A DNA stretch of 64,000 nucleotides from an uncultured delta proteobacterium (GTDB taxonomy: Bacteria > Myxococcota > Kuafuiibacteriia > Kuafuiibacteriales > Kuafuiibacteriaceae). The stretch is taken from contig CAWDML010000009.1 of the NCBI GenBank assembly GCA_963803435.1, positions 1,753,510-1,817,509 of the forward strand, read 5' to 3'. Of the stretch, positions 1-10,816 are shown piece after piece. Positions within the stretch are counted from its first letter, which is position 1. Every line of letters starts with the position of its first letter. Both the position numbers and the translations under genes were made by a program. Under the pieces are notes generated by a model. The model was given only the letters and a program-made list of their open reading frames with translations. It ran no database searches and was not told the origin of the DNA.

Positions 1-1
1 C

Positions 2-241
2 AAGGAGCTGGTCGAGTTCGAGGAGCAGATGTACCTGCTCGACTACGAGATCGGCCTCGAGATCTACCGGCGGCTCAAGAAGGAAGACGCCCGCCGCCCG
101 ACCGAGCAGGATGACCTCACGATCCCGTCGGGCGGCGATCAGAACTACTACGAGTTCGTCGACGAGTTCTGGAACGACGAGCTCCCCCGCTACCAGTTCT
201 ATGTCGAGAACCGCTGCTTCGATGAAGGAGGAGAGGACTGA
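2..241 (+). CDS. C-terminal end of a GltC-like (gliding-cluster) protein, 5'-truncated by the window edge
   Basis: Open frame from position 2 (KELVEFEEQMYLLDYEIG...). The tail YYEFVDEFWNDELPRYQFYVENRC resembles the aromatic W/YxFxGExWxDELxxY...C terminus I recall for GltC-family proteins. Its stop overlaps the next start (TGATG). Confidence 0.55.
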   Translation, partial: KELVEFEEQMYLLDYEIGLEIYRRLKKEDARRPTEQDDLTIPSGGDQNYYEFVDEFWNDELPRYQFYVENRCFDEGGED

Positions 242-3200
242 TGCATGCCCTCGTCCTGATCCTCGCGCTCCAGACCGGCCAGCTGCCGGGCCAGGAGGGC
301 TTCCGCAGCCAGGCGCAGCAGCGTCAGGAGTTCATCAACAAGCTGAGGCGCGACATCGCCAAGGTGGCCCACTCGGTGGAGGTGACCCAGGAGCTGATCG
401 GACGCTCCCGCGGCGCGCCCTTCCTCCCGGACATCTACCTCCGATTGGCCGAGCTCTACGTGGAGCAGGCGCGCTACGAGTTCTATCTGGTCCACGAGCT
501 CCGAGGTGAGAACTCGAAGGGCTCGGTGGTGGCGCCCACCGCCAAGCTCTTGAAGGAGAAGGCGGTCGAGACCTACAGCCGGATCCTCCAGGACTGGCCG
601 GACTTCAAGGACAACGACAAGGTGCTCTTCTTCCTCGGCCACGAGTACCGCGAGCTCGGGCAGTACGACGACATGATCGCCCGCTACGAGGAGCTGGTCA
701 GCAAGTACCCGAAGAGCGAGCTGGTGATGGACGCCTACCTGGTGCTCGGCGACCACCGCTTCGACAAGCAGGATCTGGTCGGCGCCAAGCGCTACTACCA
801 GAAGATCCTCGACTCGCCGGCGAACCCGGTCCACGACCTCGCCCACTTCAAGATGGGCTGGGTCTTCCTCAACGAGTCCGACTACAAGGAGGCGCTGCAG
901 CACTTCGAGGCGGCGGCGGCGTCGCGGTACGATGACGACGCCAAGGGCTCGCGCCACGAGAAGTCGCGCCTGGTCAACGTCAAGCGCGAGGCCCTGATCG
1001 ACCTGGCCTACGCCTATACCGAGGTGCGCAAGCCGAAGGGCGCGCTGCGCTACTTCCGCCAGCTGGCGCGCTCGCGAAACATGTACCTCTTGGCCCTCGA
1101 GAAGCTGGGCCGCCGGTACTTCGTGAAGCAGGACTTCAACGCGTCGGCGATGGTCTATCGCGAGATCACGCGGCTGTCGCACGACGCCGAGGAGAACCTC
1201 GACTTCACCAACCGTATCTACGCTGCGGCCAAGGCCGCCAAGAACTACCGGCTGGTGCACCTCGACACCGACGAGATGCTCGACGCGCTCGACGGCTACC
1301 GCTTCGACTGGCGCGTCCCCCAGGCGCAGCGGGACGCCGCCACCAACGACTTCGAGCAGTACGCCCGCGACCTGGCCACCCGGGCGCAGGCCGCCGCCCT
1401 GGCCGGCGACAAGACGATCCTCCCCCGCGTCGCCCAGGCCTATTCGCGCTACCTGGAGAGCTTCCCGGACAACCCGCACCACGCCGACATCGTCGACAAC
1501 CTGGCGGACTCGCTGTTCGAGGCCAAGCTCTACGTGGAGGCCGGCGACCGCTACCAGGAGTCGGCCGGGATGGCGAAGGACGACAAGGCCAAGGAGGAGG
1601 CGCTCTACAACGCGTGCGTCGCCTTCTCCGAGGCCCTGAAGAACACCTCCAAGATGGAGCGCTTCGATCGGATCTGGGCGCAGCAGGGTCTGATCCGGAA
1701 CGGCGTCAACTACGTGGAGGCGTTCCCCAGCTCCGCGAAGGTCCCGCAGATCAAGCTCAACATCGGCCGCAGCTACTACGAGGCGGGCGACTTCGAGCGG
1801 GCGATCGGGATCTTCGACGAGTTCATCGCCACCTATCCCACGCACCCGAGCGCGATCACGGTGGCCGACCTGATCCTCGACTCGTACGCGCAGCAGCAGG
1901 AGTACGCGAAGCTCGCCGAGCGCGCCAAGCAACTGGCGGGCGTGGCGAACCTGGGCGATCAGGCGTTCAAGAGCCGGATGATGTCGATGGCCAAGGGCGC
2001 CGAGGAGCGCCGAGATCGGCGAGGTCATCCTGACCGCCTCCATCGAGAAGCAGGCCGGCGGCAACGCGGGTGAGCAGCTCAAGAAGTACTGGGAGCAGAA
2101 CAAGAGCTCGCCGGTGGCTGAGAAGACGCTCTACACCGCGTTCGTGCAGTACAAGGAGGCCCGCGACTTCGACAAGACCTTCGAGCTGGGCAATCAGTTC
2201 ATCGGCGCCTATCCCAAGTCGGAGTACCTCGGCGACGTCTTCGGGACCCTCGCCGGCTTCACCACGCAGACGGGCGAATACGAGCAGGCGGCGGTCTATC
2301 TCGAGGAGTTCTACCGCCGCTTCCCCACGGATCCCTCGGCGCAGCGGATGCTGGCGCAGGCGGCCGCGATCAAGCAGCTGATCGGCGATCACCGGGGCGC
2401 GATCGCGGCCTACCGCGAGCTCCTGGGCGCGGTGCGCGATCGGAACCTCAAGAGCGAGTACGCGTCGAAGATGCTGAGCTCCTACGAGGCGCTCAACGAC
2501 TGGGACGGGATGCAGGCCGCCGCCGACAGCGTGCTCTCGGGCAACCCGCAGGACGTGAAGGCGCAGCTGATGCTCGGGCTCTCGGCGCAGAAGGGCGGCG
2601 ACTTCGAGGCGGCCATCGGCGCGCTCCAGGCGGCGGTGTCGGCGGCGGGGCACACCTCGAACGATCAGGCGCAGGAGGACGCGGCGCGCGCGGCCTTCTC
2701 GCTGGGCGACATCATCTACCGGCAGTTCGAGAAGGTGGGCGTGGACGGCAACATCTCGCAGGCCGCCGAGCAGAAGGCGCAGCTCCTGGGCGAGCTGGAG
2801 GCGGCGCTGGTCGACGCGGTCGGCTACAACCGCGGCGAGTGGGCGGTCGCGGCGCTCCATCGCGCCGCCCTCGCCTACGCCAGCTTCGCCAAGTTCCTGC
2901 GCGACGCGCCTCCGCCCGACGGTCTCGCGGGCGCGCAGCTCGAGCAGTACAAGGCGGCGGTGGCCGAGCAGGCCGGCGCCATCCAGGCCAAGGCCGACGA
3001 GTTCTTCACCACCTGCGTGAAGAAGGCGCGCCAGCTCAACGTGTTCACCGGCGCGGTCCTCGGCTGCGTCGACAAGACCGACGAGAAGGCGATCCCGCAG
3101 ACGACGCCCAACGGATCGGCGCCGCCCAAGCAGAAGCAGGAAGAGCTGAAGCAGGCCCTCACCAAGAACCCGAAGGACCTCGACGCCATCGCGGAGCTCG

Positions 3201-3535
3201 CCGACTACTTCCTCCTCTCCGGTCAGCCGGCGAAGGCGAAGCTGATGGCCGCGCGCGGTCTGGAGATCGACGAGCGCGACGCCCGCTTCCACAACAAGAT
3301 CGGGATGGCGGACCTCCTGCTCGGTCACCCGCAGGATGCCTACTTCGGCTTCCAGCGGGCGGCCGACCTGAAACACCCCTACGCAGAGGCCAACCTGATC
3401 GCGCTGATGGTCGAGTTCAAGGACTTCGCGGGGGCCAAGAAGCTCGCGAAGGACGTCGAGGCCGACGACCTCCCCCAGGGTGCGGCCGACCTGGTGCCGG
3501 GCGCCTCTTCCGCTTATGCGCAGGTCGCGCGATAG
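241..3535 (+). CDS. Large secreted TPR protein, GltD/AgmU-like (~1097 aa after correcting one frameshift at ~2011-2013)
   Basis: ORFs 241..2073 and 2114..3535 join by removing one base near 2011 (...GAEER-EIGEVILTASIEKQAGG...). N-terminal hydrophobic signal and many TPRs. The segment EWAVAALHRAALAYASFAKFLRDAPPPDGL...KADEFFTTCVKKARQLNV matches the GltD/AgmU C-terminal region as I recall it, followed by further TPRs. Confidence 0.7.
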
Positions 3536-3545
3536 AATTTTGCCC

Positions 3546-4874
3546 ATGAGGGCGTCCCTACTCTTCACCTCTCTGTTCGTCCTCTCGTGCTCGAGCGGCA
3601 CGCCGCCGCCGGCCGACCTCAAGGACGCGGGCACGAACACCGGCAACGACGGCGGCGCGCAGGCCGGCGGCCCCGAGTTCGAGTTCGAGCTGGTGGTGGG
3701 ATCGAACTCGAGCTCCAACTTCGGCGACAACCTGCGGCTGGCCGTGACCGGCGATGGGCGGCCGGCCGCTGCGTACGGCTACGTGGCGTCGGGCTCGGCC
3801 GAGCGCGAGATCCACGTGGCCGAGCAGGCCGCCGACGGTACCTGGACCGACGAGCGCGCGGTCATCCCGGGGGCGAACGCACCCAGCGGCGGCGACCTGG
3901 TGGGGCTCGGCTTCGGCTACGTCGACGGCGTCCCCTACCTCACGTACATCGGCGGCGACGACGACATGCTCCCGACCACGCCCTTCCCCACCGACCTGAT
4001 GCTGGCGAGCAAGCAGGGCGGCGCGTGGAGCGAGCGCACGCTCGTCGACACCTCCGGCGAGGCGGTGGGCGACTGTCCCGGCACGCAGAACTACTGCAAC
4101 TTCGGCGCGGTGGTCGGCACGCACTCGGCGCTGGCGGTGAAGCCGGGAGGCGGCGGCTTCGCGGTCGTCTACCGCGACACGCACAACGGCTTCGCCCGCG
4201 ACGACTACGCCCGCTCCGACACCGAGGTCTACGCCGAGGGCGGACCGTTCACCAACTCCAACGTGGATGCGGTGCGCGGCACCGGCGCGTACGCCGACAT
4301 CGCCTGGCTCCCCGACGGCAACCTGGTGGTCGCCTACGATCTCGAGGAGCCGGACCCGAACGTCGATCGCCTGGGCGTCTGGGCCGCGGCCTACGACGGC
4401 GCCGCCTGGACGCGCACTCGGATCACGCCGAGCCAGACCTCGGCGCGCGTCAGCCTGGCGGTCGATCCGGACGGCGTCGTCTGGCTCGCGTTCTATGCTG
4501 CCGACACCTCCGACCTGGTGGTGGCCAGCTCGTCCGACAGCGGACAGACCTGGACCTCCGAGATGGTCGACTCGGCCGGGCGCACCGGCCTCTATCCGAG
4601 CCTCACCATCGACGCCGAAGGGCGCCCGGTGGTCGCGTACACCTACTGCGGTCCGCAATCGGAGAGCGACTGCCCGCAGTCATTGACGCCCAAGTCCGTG
4701 GTTCGACTGGCGAGAAGAGAGGGGACGGAGTGGAAGATCTATCTGGCCGACGACGGTGAAGGGAACGGCTACGTGGGCACGTTCAACTCGATCGCGCTCC
4801 TGCCCGACGGCAAGTTGGGCATCGCCTTCCAGCACAGTCGCGACAAGGACGTGATCTTCCTCCGAGAGCAATGA
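3546..4874 (+). CDS. Lipoprotein with BNR/beta-propeller-like repeats
   Basis: MRASLLFTSLFVLSC lipobox. Repeated SLAVDPDGxxW / SLTIDAEGRP blades and an Asp-box SSDSGQTW. Confidence 0.7.
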   Translation: MRASLLFTSLFVLSCSSGTPPPADLKDAGTNTGNDGGAQAGGPEFEFELVVGSNSSSNFGDNLRLAVTGDGRPAAAYGYVASGSAEREIHVAEQAADGTWTDERAVIPGANAPSGGDLVGLGFGYVDGVPYLTYIGGDDDMLPTTPFPTDLMLASKQGGAWSERTLVDTSGEAVGDCPGTQNYCNFGAVVGTHSALAVKPGGGGFAVVYRDTHNGFARDDYARSDTEVYAEGGPFTNSNVDAVRGTGAYADIAWLPDGNLVVAYDLEEPDPNVDRLGVWAAAYDGAAWTRTRITPSQTSARVSLAVDPDGVVWLAFYAADTSDLVVASSSDSGQTWTSEMVDSAGRTGLYPSLTIDAEGRPVVAYTYCGPQSESDCPQSLTPKSVVRLARREGTEWKIYLADDGEGNGYVGTFNSIALLPDGKLGIAFQHSRDKDVIFLREQ

Positions 4875-5401
4875 AGACGACACTCTGCTCCATGACGTTC
4901 GCGATCCTGGCCGCCTCCTGCGGGGGCGGCGACATGCTCCAGTGCGGCGGCAGCGGCAGCGGCGGCGACAGCCTCGACGGCAGCTACTGCGAGGACGTGA
5001 CGATCAGCTTCACCGAGGCCGAGGTGCGCCGCCAGAACACCACCGGCGAGGACTACTACGTCTTCGTCCGCTACGTGGACGGCAACGCCAACACGGTCGA
5101 GCCCCGCAAGGTGCTCGATATCCTGATCCCCTCCTCCGCCGTGGTGATCGAGCCGAACACGCAGATCCTGATCAGCCAGATCCCCGGCGCCACGGTGCGA
5201 AGGTTCCCCTCGGCCGAGGAGGGCAGCGTGCAGGCGATCGATCTGACCCCCGAGCTCAAGGACACCAGCCAGGTCACCTTCACCGAGTTCACCGGTGAGA
5301 TCGGCTCCAGCGCCAAGGGTGAGTTCGGCTTCCTGTTCGAGAGCGGCCGGACGCTGATGGGCACGTTCGAGAGCCCGATCATCGAGAACACGCCCGAGTG
5401 A
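4871..5401 (+). CDS. Hypothetical lipoprotein
   Basis: MKTTLCSMTFAILAASC lipobox, ATGA overlap with the upstream gene, typical codon usage. Confidence 0.7.
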   Translation: MKTTLCSMTFAILAASCGGGDMLQCGGSGSGGDSLDGSYCEDVTISFTEAEVRRQNTTGEDYYVFVRYVDGNANTVEPRKVLDILIPSSAVVIEPNTQILISQIPGATVRRFPSAEEGSVQAIDLTPELKDTSQVTFTEFTGEIGSSAKGEFGFLFESGRTLMGTFESPIIENTPE

Positions 5402-5420
5402 GCTCGTCTCAGAGCTCGAG

Positions 5421-5900
5421 CTATTGCTTCTTCCCCTCGGCGGTATCGATGTCGACCTTGATGATGTACTCGGCGACGGCGTCGCTGAAGACCTCGATCA
5501 GATGGTCGCCTTCGAGGAAGACCTGCTGCGACTGCGAGAACACCTTGTCGTTGCCGGCCTCGCGGAAGATGTCGCGGCCCTCCGACAGGTACTGGTAGGT
5601 GTCGAAGCACCCGGGCTCGTGCCAGAGGATCTCGGTGTCGATGCCGGTGGCGAGCTCCGACTTGAAGAAGATATTCACGGTGATGAGCGCCTCCTCCGGC
5701 GCCGGCACGATGAACTGGCGTGAGCCCGGGAACTGGCCCTCGAGGTAGCGGCCGGTGCCCATCGTGCACCCGGCGGTGGTCTGGCAGATCGGAAACGTCC
5801 CGTCGCAGCGATCGCGGGAGAGACCGCCCTTGAAGTTGCCCTCGGCCCCGAGACCGAAGTTGCAGCCCGACAACAGGAGCACCAGCCACCAGCGCTTCAC
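5421..5900 (-). CDS. Small Cys-containing lipoprotein, MtsF-like (myxobacterial cell-cohesion locus)
   Basis: MKRWWLVLLLSGC lipobox. The CDGTFPICQTTAGC...EGQFPG...GDHLIEVFSD pattern resembles MtsF as I recall it, and an MtsD-like gene lies nearby. Confidence 0.5.
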   Translation of the reverse strand: MKRWWLVLLLSGCNFGLGAEGNFKGGLSRDRCDGTFPICQTTAGCTMGTGRYLEGQFPGSRQFIVPAPEEALITVNIFFKSELATGIDTEILWHEPGCFDTYQYLSEGRDIFREAGNDKVFSQSQQVFLEGDHLIEVFSDAVAEYIIKVDIDTAEGKKQ

Positions 5901-6763
5901 TCGGCGACCCCGTTCTTCAGCGTGCCACGCACCTCCGCGATCGACTCGATCTCGAGGAAGGTGCGATCGTCGAGGGTCACGGAGCGATAACGATGCCGCG
6001 ACACGATCAGCGTGAAGGTATCGGCTTGCGAGGCCAGAAGGAAGACCGCGACCGAGGCCGGCAGCGTTTGACAGCCGTCGTCGGGCATCACGCAGACGAC
6101 GTCGCCGCCGGACTCGACGCCCATGGTCTGATCCGGATCGATGGCGATGACCACGAAGTCGCCGTTGCCCTTGTTCCAGGCGACATTGAGGTCGCCCAGC
6201 TCCACCAGGGTGGTGCCGTCGAGCGGCGGATCGGAGATCGCGAGCGGATCGGGCGCCGTGACCATCTCGTCGAAGGCCGGGAAGCTGTCGCCCTCACCCA
6301 CCACCTCGAGCGAGCCGGCCCCCAGGATCGGATCGCCGGCGTCGAGGTAGAGCCCCGAGTCCACCTCCGAGGCGCGCACGGTACCTCGGGCGGTACCGCG
6401 GACCTCGAGCGACGACAGCGCGAGCGGGACCAGCCCGGTGGCCGGCTGGCCGCGCGAGATCCGGCCCAGGCACTCATCGGAGAGCGCCATGAAGGCGGCG
6501 TCGGTCGCTGTACGCGTGGAGACGTCGAAGAAGGCGCCCTGGATCCGGCCCTGGTGAAGGGCCTGCGGCAGGCCGTCGTCGCCCAGCGTGCGCGTATCGC
6601 GATCGAGCAGCGTAATCTTGCCCTGAAGTGGTACATCCGACTCCTCAGGAACCACCACGTTCCCGAGGTGCTCGAAGCAAGCCTGGTCGGGCTCCTCCTC
6701 GCCGCCGCATCCGACGAGCGCAGCCACGACAATCAACGAGAGCTGGGGACGCTGCGCGCTCAT
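5897..6763 (-). CDS. Hypothetical lipoprotein
   Basis: Likely start MSAQRPQLSLIVVAALVGC (lipobox). Beta-rich body with VVCVMPDDG, coupled to the downstream gene. Confidence 0.65.
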   Translation of the reverse strand: MSAQRPQLSLIVVAALVGCGGEEEPDQACFEHLGNVVVPEESDVPLQGKITLLDRDTRTLGDDGLPQALHQGRIQGAFFDVSTRTATDAAFMALSDECLGRISRGQPATGLVPLALSSLEVRGTARGTVRASEVDSGLYLDAGDPILGAGSLEVVGEGDSFPAFDEMVTAPDPLAISDPPLDGTTLVELGDLNVAWNKGNGDFVVIAIDPDQTMGVESGGDVVCVMPDDGCQTLPASVAVFLLASQADTFTLIVSRHRYRSVTLDDRTFLEIESIAEVRGTLKNGVAE

Positions 6764-6786
6764 CCGGACGATGATAGCCTTCGCTC

Positions 6787-7428
6787 GTGCGGGCTCCAAG
6801 AGCACCCCTGTTCGCGACCCTCCTCGCTGCGTCCTGCGCCGCGCCCTCGCTCACCGTCGACAAGGACGTCCTCGACAAGATCACCATCGAGAACAAGCTC
6901 CTCCTCTTCGACGCCGAGAACGAGCTCAACATCGCGATCGACTCGCGAGATCAGGTCGTGGACGAGATCGAGCAGATCAAGGAGGACATCCGGCGCGCCA
7001 AGAAGAAGTTGGAGGTGGCGGAGCGCGATCAGGAGGCATTCAACGACAAGGGCGACCAGGAGCGCGCGAAGGTGGCCGCCTACAAGGGCACCTCGGAGGA
7101 GGCCCGGATCGACTATCTCGACGCCCGCCTCGACTGGGCCCGCGCCCGCCTGGGACGGGAGCGCGCCAAGCTGATCGTCGCCAAGGCCAAGTTCGAGCTG
7201 GCGAAGGCGAGCCTGGTCAAGAAGAACAACGTCCCCGGTGCCTCGAGCATCGACCTCGCGGACTTCGAGGCGCAGGTCAAAGACTACGAGGAGGACGTGA
7301 CCGACGCCGACGAGGACATCAAGGAGACCGAGTCCGAGATGAAGCAGAAGGAGAACGCCTGGCTGGTCGCAAGCAAAGCGCTGCGCCAGGCCACCGGCGG
7401 CGCGCTCGGCTCTCGTTGGATCGACTGA
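6787..7428 (+). CDS. Coiled-coil lipoprotein
   Basis: LLAASC lipobox followed by a long charged helical/heptad region. Confidence 0.75.
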   Translation: MRAPRAPLFATLLAASCAAPSLTVDKDVLDKITIENKLLLFDAENELNIAIDSRDQVVDEIEQIKEDIRRAKKKLEVAERDQEAFNDKGDQERAKVAAYKGTSEEARIDYLDARLDWARARLGRERAKLIVAKAKFELAKASLVKKNNVPGASSIDLADFEAQVKDYEEDVTDADEDIKETESEMKQKENAWLVASKALRQATGGALGSRWID

Positions 7429-7445
7429 GCTCCGGAGCGAACGAA

Positions 7446-9438
7446 GTGAGCGACCTGATCTCGAGACTCACAGCGGTGCTCGTCGCGCTGGCGATACCCG
7501 CGCTCGCGCACGCCCAGGAGCCGGACGGTGAGCTCGGCCCCGACACCCTCCACAAGCCGGAGCTCGACAAGAAGGCGCTGGAGGCGGAGCGCGATCAGCT
7601 GCGAGCGCACCTCAAGGAGACCCCGGACGACACCGCCGCCAAGAAGCGTCTGGCCGCCGCGCTCTTCCATCTGGGCTCGCCGCAGGAGGCGCTCGGTCTG
7701 CTGCTCTCGCTTCGCCAAGAGAACCCCGACGACCCCGACACGCTCTACATGCTGGGCGCGCTTCACGAGCTCGAAGGCAACCTCCCCGACGCGATCAAGA
7801 ACTACGAGGCCGCGCTGCGTCTGACGCCCGAGAACGCCGTGCTGCTGCTGGATCTCGGCCTGGCGTTCCGGCGGAAGGGTGAGCTGGAGAGCGCGGTCGA
7901 GCTCTACACGAAGGCGATCCACGAAGATGGGGACATGGCGGTGGCCTACTTCGATCGCGGAGAGGCCGAGGAGAAGCTCGACAAGCGGGAGGACGCCATC
8001 GCGGACTACCTCAAGGCGGGCCAGATCGATCGGGCCTACGCTCGGCCACACGTGGCGCTGGGCAAGATCTACGCGGACCTGGGGCTCAACGACAAGGCGG
8101 TGGCCAGCCTCAACAAGGCGCTCCGGATCGATCCGGCCGAGCCGGACGCCCACTACAACCTCGGCGTGATCTACTTCCGCCAGCGGCGGTATCGCGACGC
8201 CGTCGCCGAGTACGAGAAGGCGCTGGTGTCGAGGCCCGATCACGCGCGCGCGCACAACAACCTGGGGGTCGCGCTCGACCGCATCGGCCAGCGCGACAAG
8301 GCGATCGAGGCCTTCCGGAAGGCCGTCGCGATCCGGCCCAAGTACGTGGACGCCGAGTTCAACCTGGGGCTCGCCTACTTCCGGGCCGGGCGGCTCGACG
8401 AGGCCGGCCAGCAGTTCGAGAAGGTGCTGGAGCTGAAGCCCGACCTCCCCGAGGCGCAGTTCCACTTGGGCGAGGTCTACTACCAGCGCGGCAAGACCGG
8501 GAAGGCGTTGAAGCTCTATCAGAAGGCGCTCTTCACCCGGCCGCAGGACGCCCTCACCTACCGGCGGATGGCCCGGGCCTATCTGGATCAGGGCGAGCCG
8601 CAGCAGGCGGTGCACTTCCTGGAGAAGCTGGTGGAGCTGGCGCCAGACGACGCGTCGGCGCACCAGCAGCTGGGCTTGGCGCTGGTGGCGGTGGGGACGC
8701 GCGCGTCGCTCGAGCGCGCGGTCGCCGAGATCGAGCAGGCCGGCAAGCTCGATCCCGAGGCGCCCGGGATCCTGGTGAGCCTGGCCGAGGCCGAGCAGGC
8801 GCGGAAGCGGACGGATCAAGCGGTGGCGGCCCTCAAGCAGGCGCTGGAGCTGGAGCCGGGCCACGAGCAGGCCACGCTGGCCCTCGGGCGCATCTACGAG
8901 GCGACCCATCGGGACGAGGAGGCGCTCCACCTCTACGAGCGATCGCTCGAGCGCCACCCGACCTTCGCCGACGCCCACTTCCGCATGGCGCAGATCTACA
9001 AGGCGGCCGGCAAGCGCGACTCCGAGCGCTCGCACTATGAGAAGGCGCTGCTCCTCGATCCGGCGTTCGTGAAGGCGCGGGCCGAGCTGGCCGGCTCGTA
9101 CCTCGAGACCGGCGAGCTCGACGCGGCGCTGGGCGAGCTCGAGCAGGCGATTGAGATGGACGGCACGTACGGACCGTCGCACTACTACCTGGCCGCGGTC
9201 CTCGATCGAAAGGGCGGCCAGGACGTGCGCGCGCTGGAGGAGGCCCGCAAGGCCGCCGAGCTGACGGAGGATCGGCCCGAGGTGTTCAAGGTGCTCGGCG
9301 CCCTCGAGTACAAGTCCGGCAACCTCGAGCGCGCCAAGAAGGCCTACGAGCGCGCCGTCAAGCTCGATCCCCGGAACAGCGATTCTCGTCTTCAAGCTGA
9401 AGGACATCGAGAAGGCCATCGCCAAGAAGGAAGGGTGA
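7446..9438 (+). CDS. Secreted multi-TPR protein (~663 aa after correcting a frameshift at ~9383)
   Basis: GTG start with signal peptide (...LAIPALAHA/QE) and many canonical TPRs (AHYNLG, AHNNLG, AEFNLG). Removing one T from GATTC at 9381-9385 gives ...NSDLVFKLKDIEKAIAKKEG* with a TGATG overlap. The listed 1191-aa ORF is an artefactual fusion. Confidence 0.8.
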
Positions 9439-10346
9439 TGTCTTCGACCACTCGGCTGTTCGCCGCCCTCGCGCTCACGGGGTGCGCCCCCGGAGGATGG
9501 CGCGTGCTCGACTCCGGGGCCCCGGTACGGCTGCACGGCGTCTACGTAGTGTCGGCGAAGCGCACGCTCGCCGCCGGCGACAAAGGAACGATCGTCGAGT
9601 GGGACGGCAAGAACGTCACGCTGACCTCGACGGACGCCGACCCCGGCCCCCGCATCCCCGATCTCTACGGGATCGCCAGCCACGACGGCGTCGACTACGT
9701 CGCCGGCGATCAGGGCACCGTGCTGGTGCGAAGCGGGCGCGACTACGTGGCGGAGAGCTCACGCACGCAGGCGCGCCTGCTCACGATGATCTCGGCGACG
9801 CCCTCGATCCTCTACGCCGCCGGAGAGAGCGGCCGGGTCATCCGCCGCGCCGGCGGCGCCTGGGCGCGCGTCGACGTGGGCGCCGGCGAGGCCAAGGTCA
9901 CCGGCGCCTGGGCGATCAGCGACGCCGCGGTCGCGTTCACCACCGACACCGGTCTGGTCCTCGACAAGGTCGGCGACCGCTTCGTCGCCACCCCGGTGGA
10001 GACCGGCACCGCCGCCGTTCCGCTGTTCGGCGTCTGGTCCTCCACCACCGCGGGCGACACCTACGCCGTCGGCCTCGGCGGCGCCATCTTCAGCCGGCCC
10101 GCCGGCGAGGAGACCTTCGAGCAGGTGGCCAGCGCGCCCGGAGATCTCTACGCGATCTTCGGCGTGGCGCCCGACCGCATCTGGGCGGTGGGTGCGGACG
10201 GCACGATCATGCGCTACGACGGCACCACCTGGAAGGGCGTCCCCTCGGGGACCTCGGTGGATTTGTTCTCGATCCACGGCACACCCGACGGAAGCTTCGT
10301 GGCGGCGGCGGGGGATCGAGGAACGCTGGTCATCCTCGAGGAGTGA
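9438..10346 (+). CDS. WD40/YVTN/BNR-like repeat lipoprotein
   Basis: MSSTTRLFAALALTGC lipobox. Repeats of L(Y/F)G(I/V)W...(Y/W)AVGxxGxI...W. Confidence 0.75.
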   Translation: MSSTTRLFAALALTGCAPGGWRVLDSGAPVRLHGVYVVSAKRTLAAGDKGTIVEWDGKNVTLTSTDADPGPRIPDLYGIASHDGVDYVAGDQGTVLVRSGRDYVAESSRTQARLLTMISATPSILYAAGESGRVIRRAGGAWARVDVGAGEAKVTGAWAISDAAVAFTTDTGLVLDKVGDRFVATPVETGTAAVPLFGVWSSTTAGDTYAVGLGGAIFSRPAGEETFEQVASAPGDLYAIFGVAPDRIWAVGADGTIMRYDGTTWKGVPSGTSVDLFSIHGTPDGSFVAAAGDRGTLVILEE

Positions 10347-10351
10347 GCCGA

Positions 10352-10816
10352 TCAGCGCAGCGAGGACTCCAGCTCCATCACCCACGATCCGTCCGGCTGC
10401 TTGAACCAGTAGAAGAGCATCTCCACGTCCCGGAGCACATCGGGCTGATCGCGCGTGTTGCTGTCGCCGAGCACGCGGTAGAAGACGTCCACGCGGACCC
10501 GCCCGCGGTTCTCCTTGCGATCGAACTCGACCTCGAGGATCTGCCAGCGCTGGATGTCGAGGACCTCGTGCTTCACCATGAAGACGCGGCGGATCAGCTC
10601 GGGGATGTCGCGCTTCTCCTGCGTGGCCGGCAGGTGGTACGTGGAGGCGCGCGCGAAGTCCTTGAACTTGATGTCCTCGAGGAAGTCGACGGTGCGGTCC
10701 CTGAGCAGCGCGGCGTCCTCGTTGCCCAGCACGCCGCCCGGCTGGGACAGCGCCCACAGCGCGCCGCCCGCGAGCATCAGCGCCACCACCAGCACGATCA
10801 GGCTCTTCTTCACCAT
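10352..10816 (-). CDS. Hypothetical exported/membrane-anchored protein (154 aa)
   Basis: MVKKSLIVLVVALMLAGGALWA N-terminal hydrophobic segment. Overlaps the permease stop. Confidence 0.7.
   Translation of the reverse strand: MVKKSLIVLVVALMLAGGALWALSQPGGVLGNEDAALLRDRTVDFLEDIKFKDFARASTYHLPATQEKRDIPELIRRVFMVKHEVLDIQRWQILEVEFDRKENRGRVRVDVFYRVLGDSNTRDQPDVLRDVEMLFYWFKQPDGSWVMELESSLR

Noticed and set aside
1981-2113. Programmed frameshifting or true pseudogenes at the broken genes
   Set aside because: No slippery heptamers, genes otherwise intact, and breaks sit at GATC or homopolymers, so sequencing error is more likely.
6771-10346. 1191-aa TPR plus beta-propeller fusion ORF
   Set aside because: Artefact of one extra base at ~9383. 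The second half has its own ATG, lipobox and TGATG coupling.
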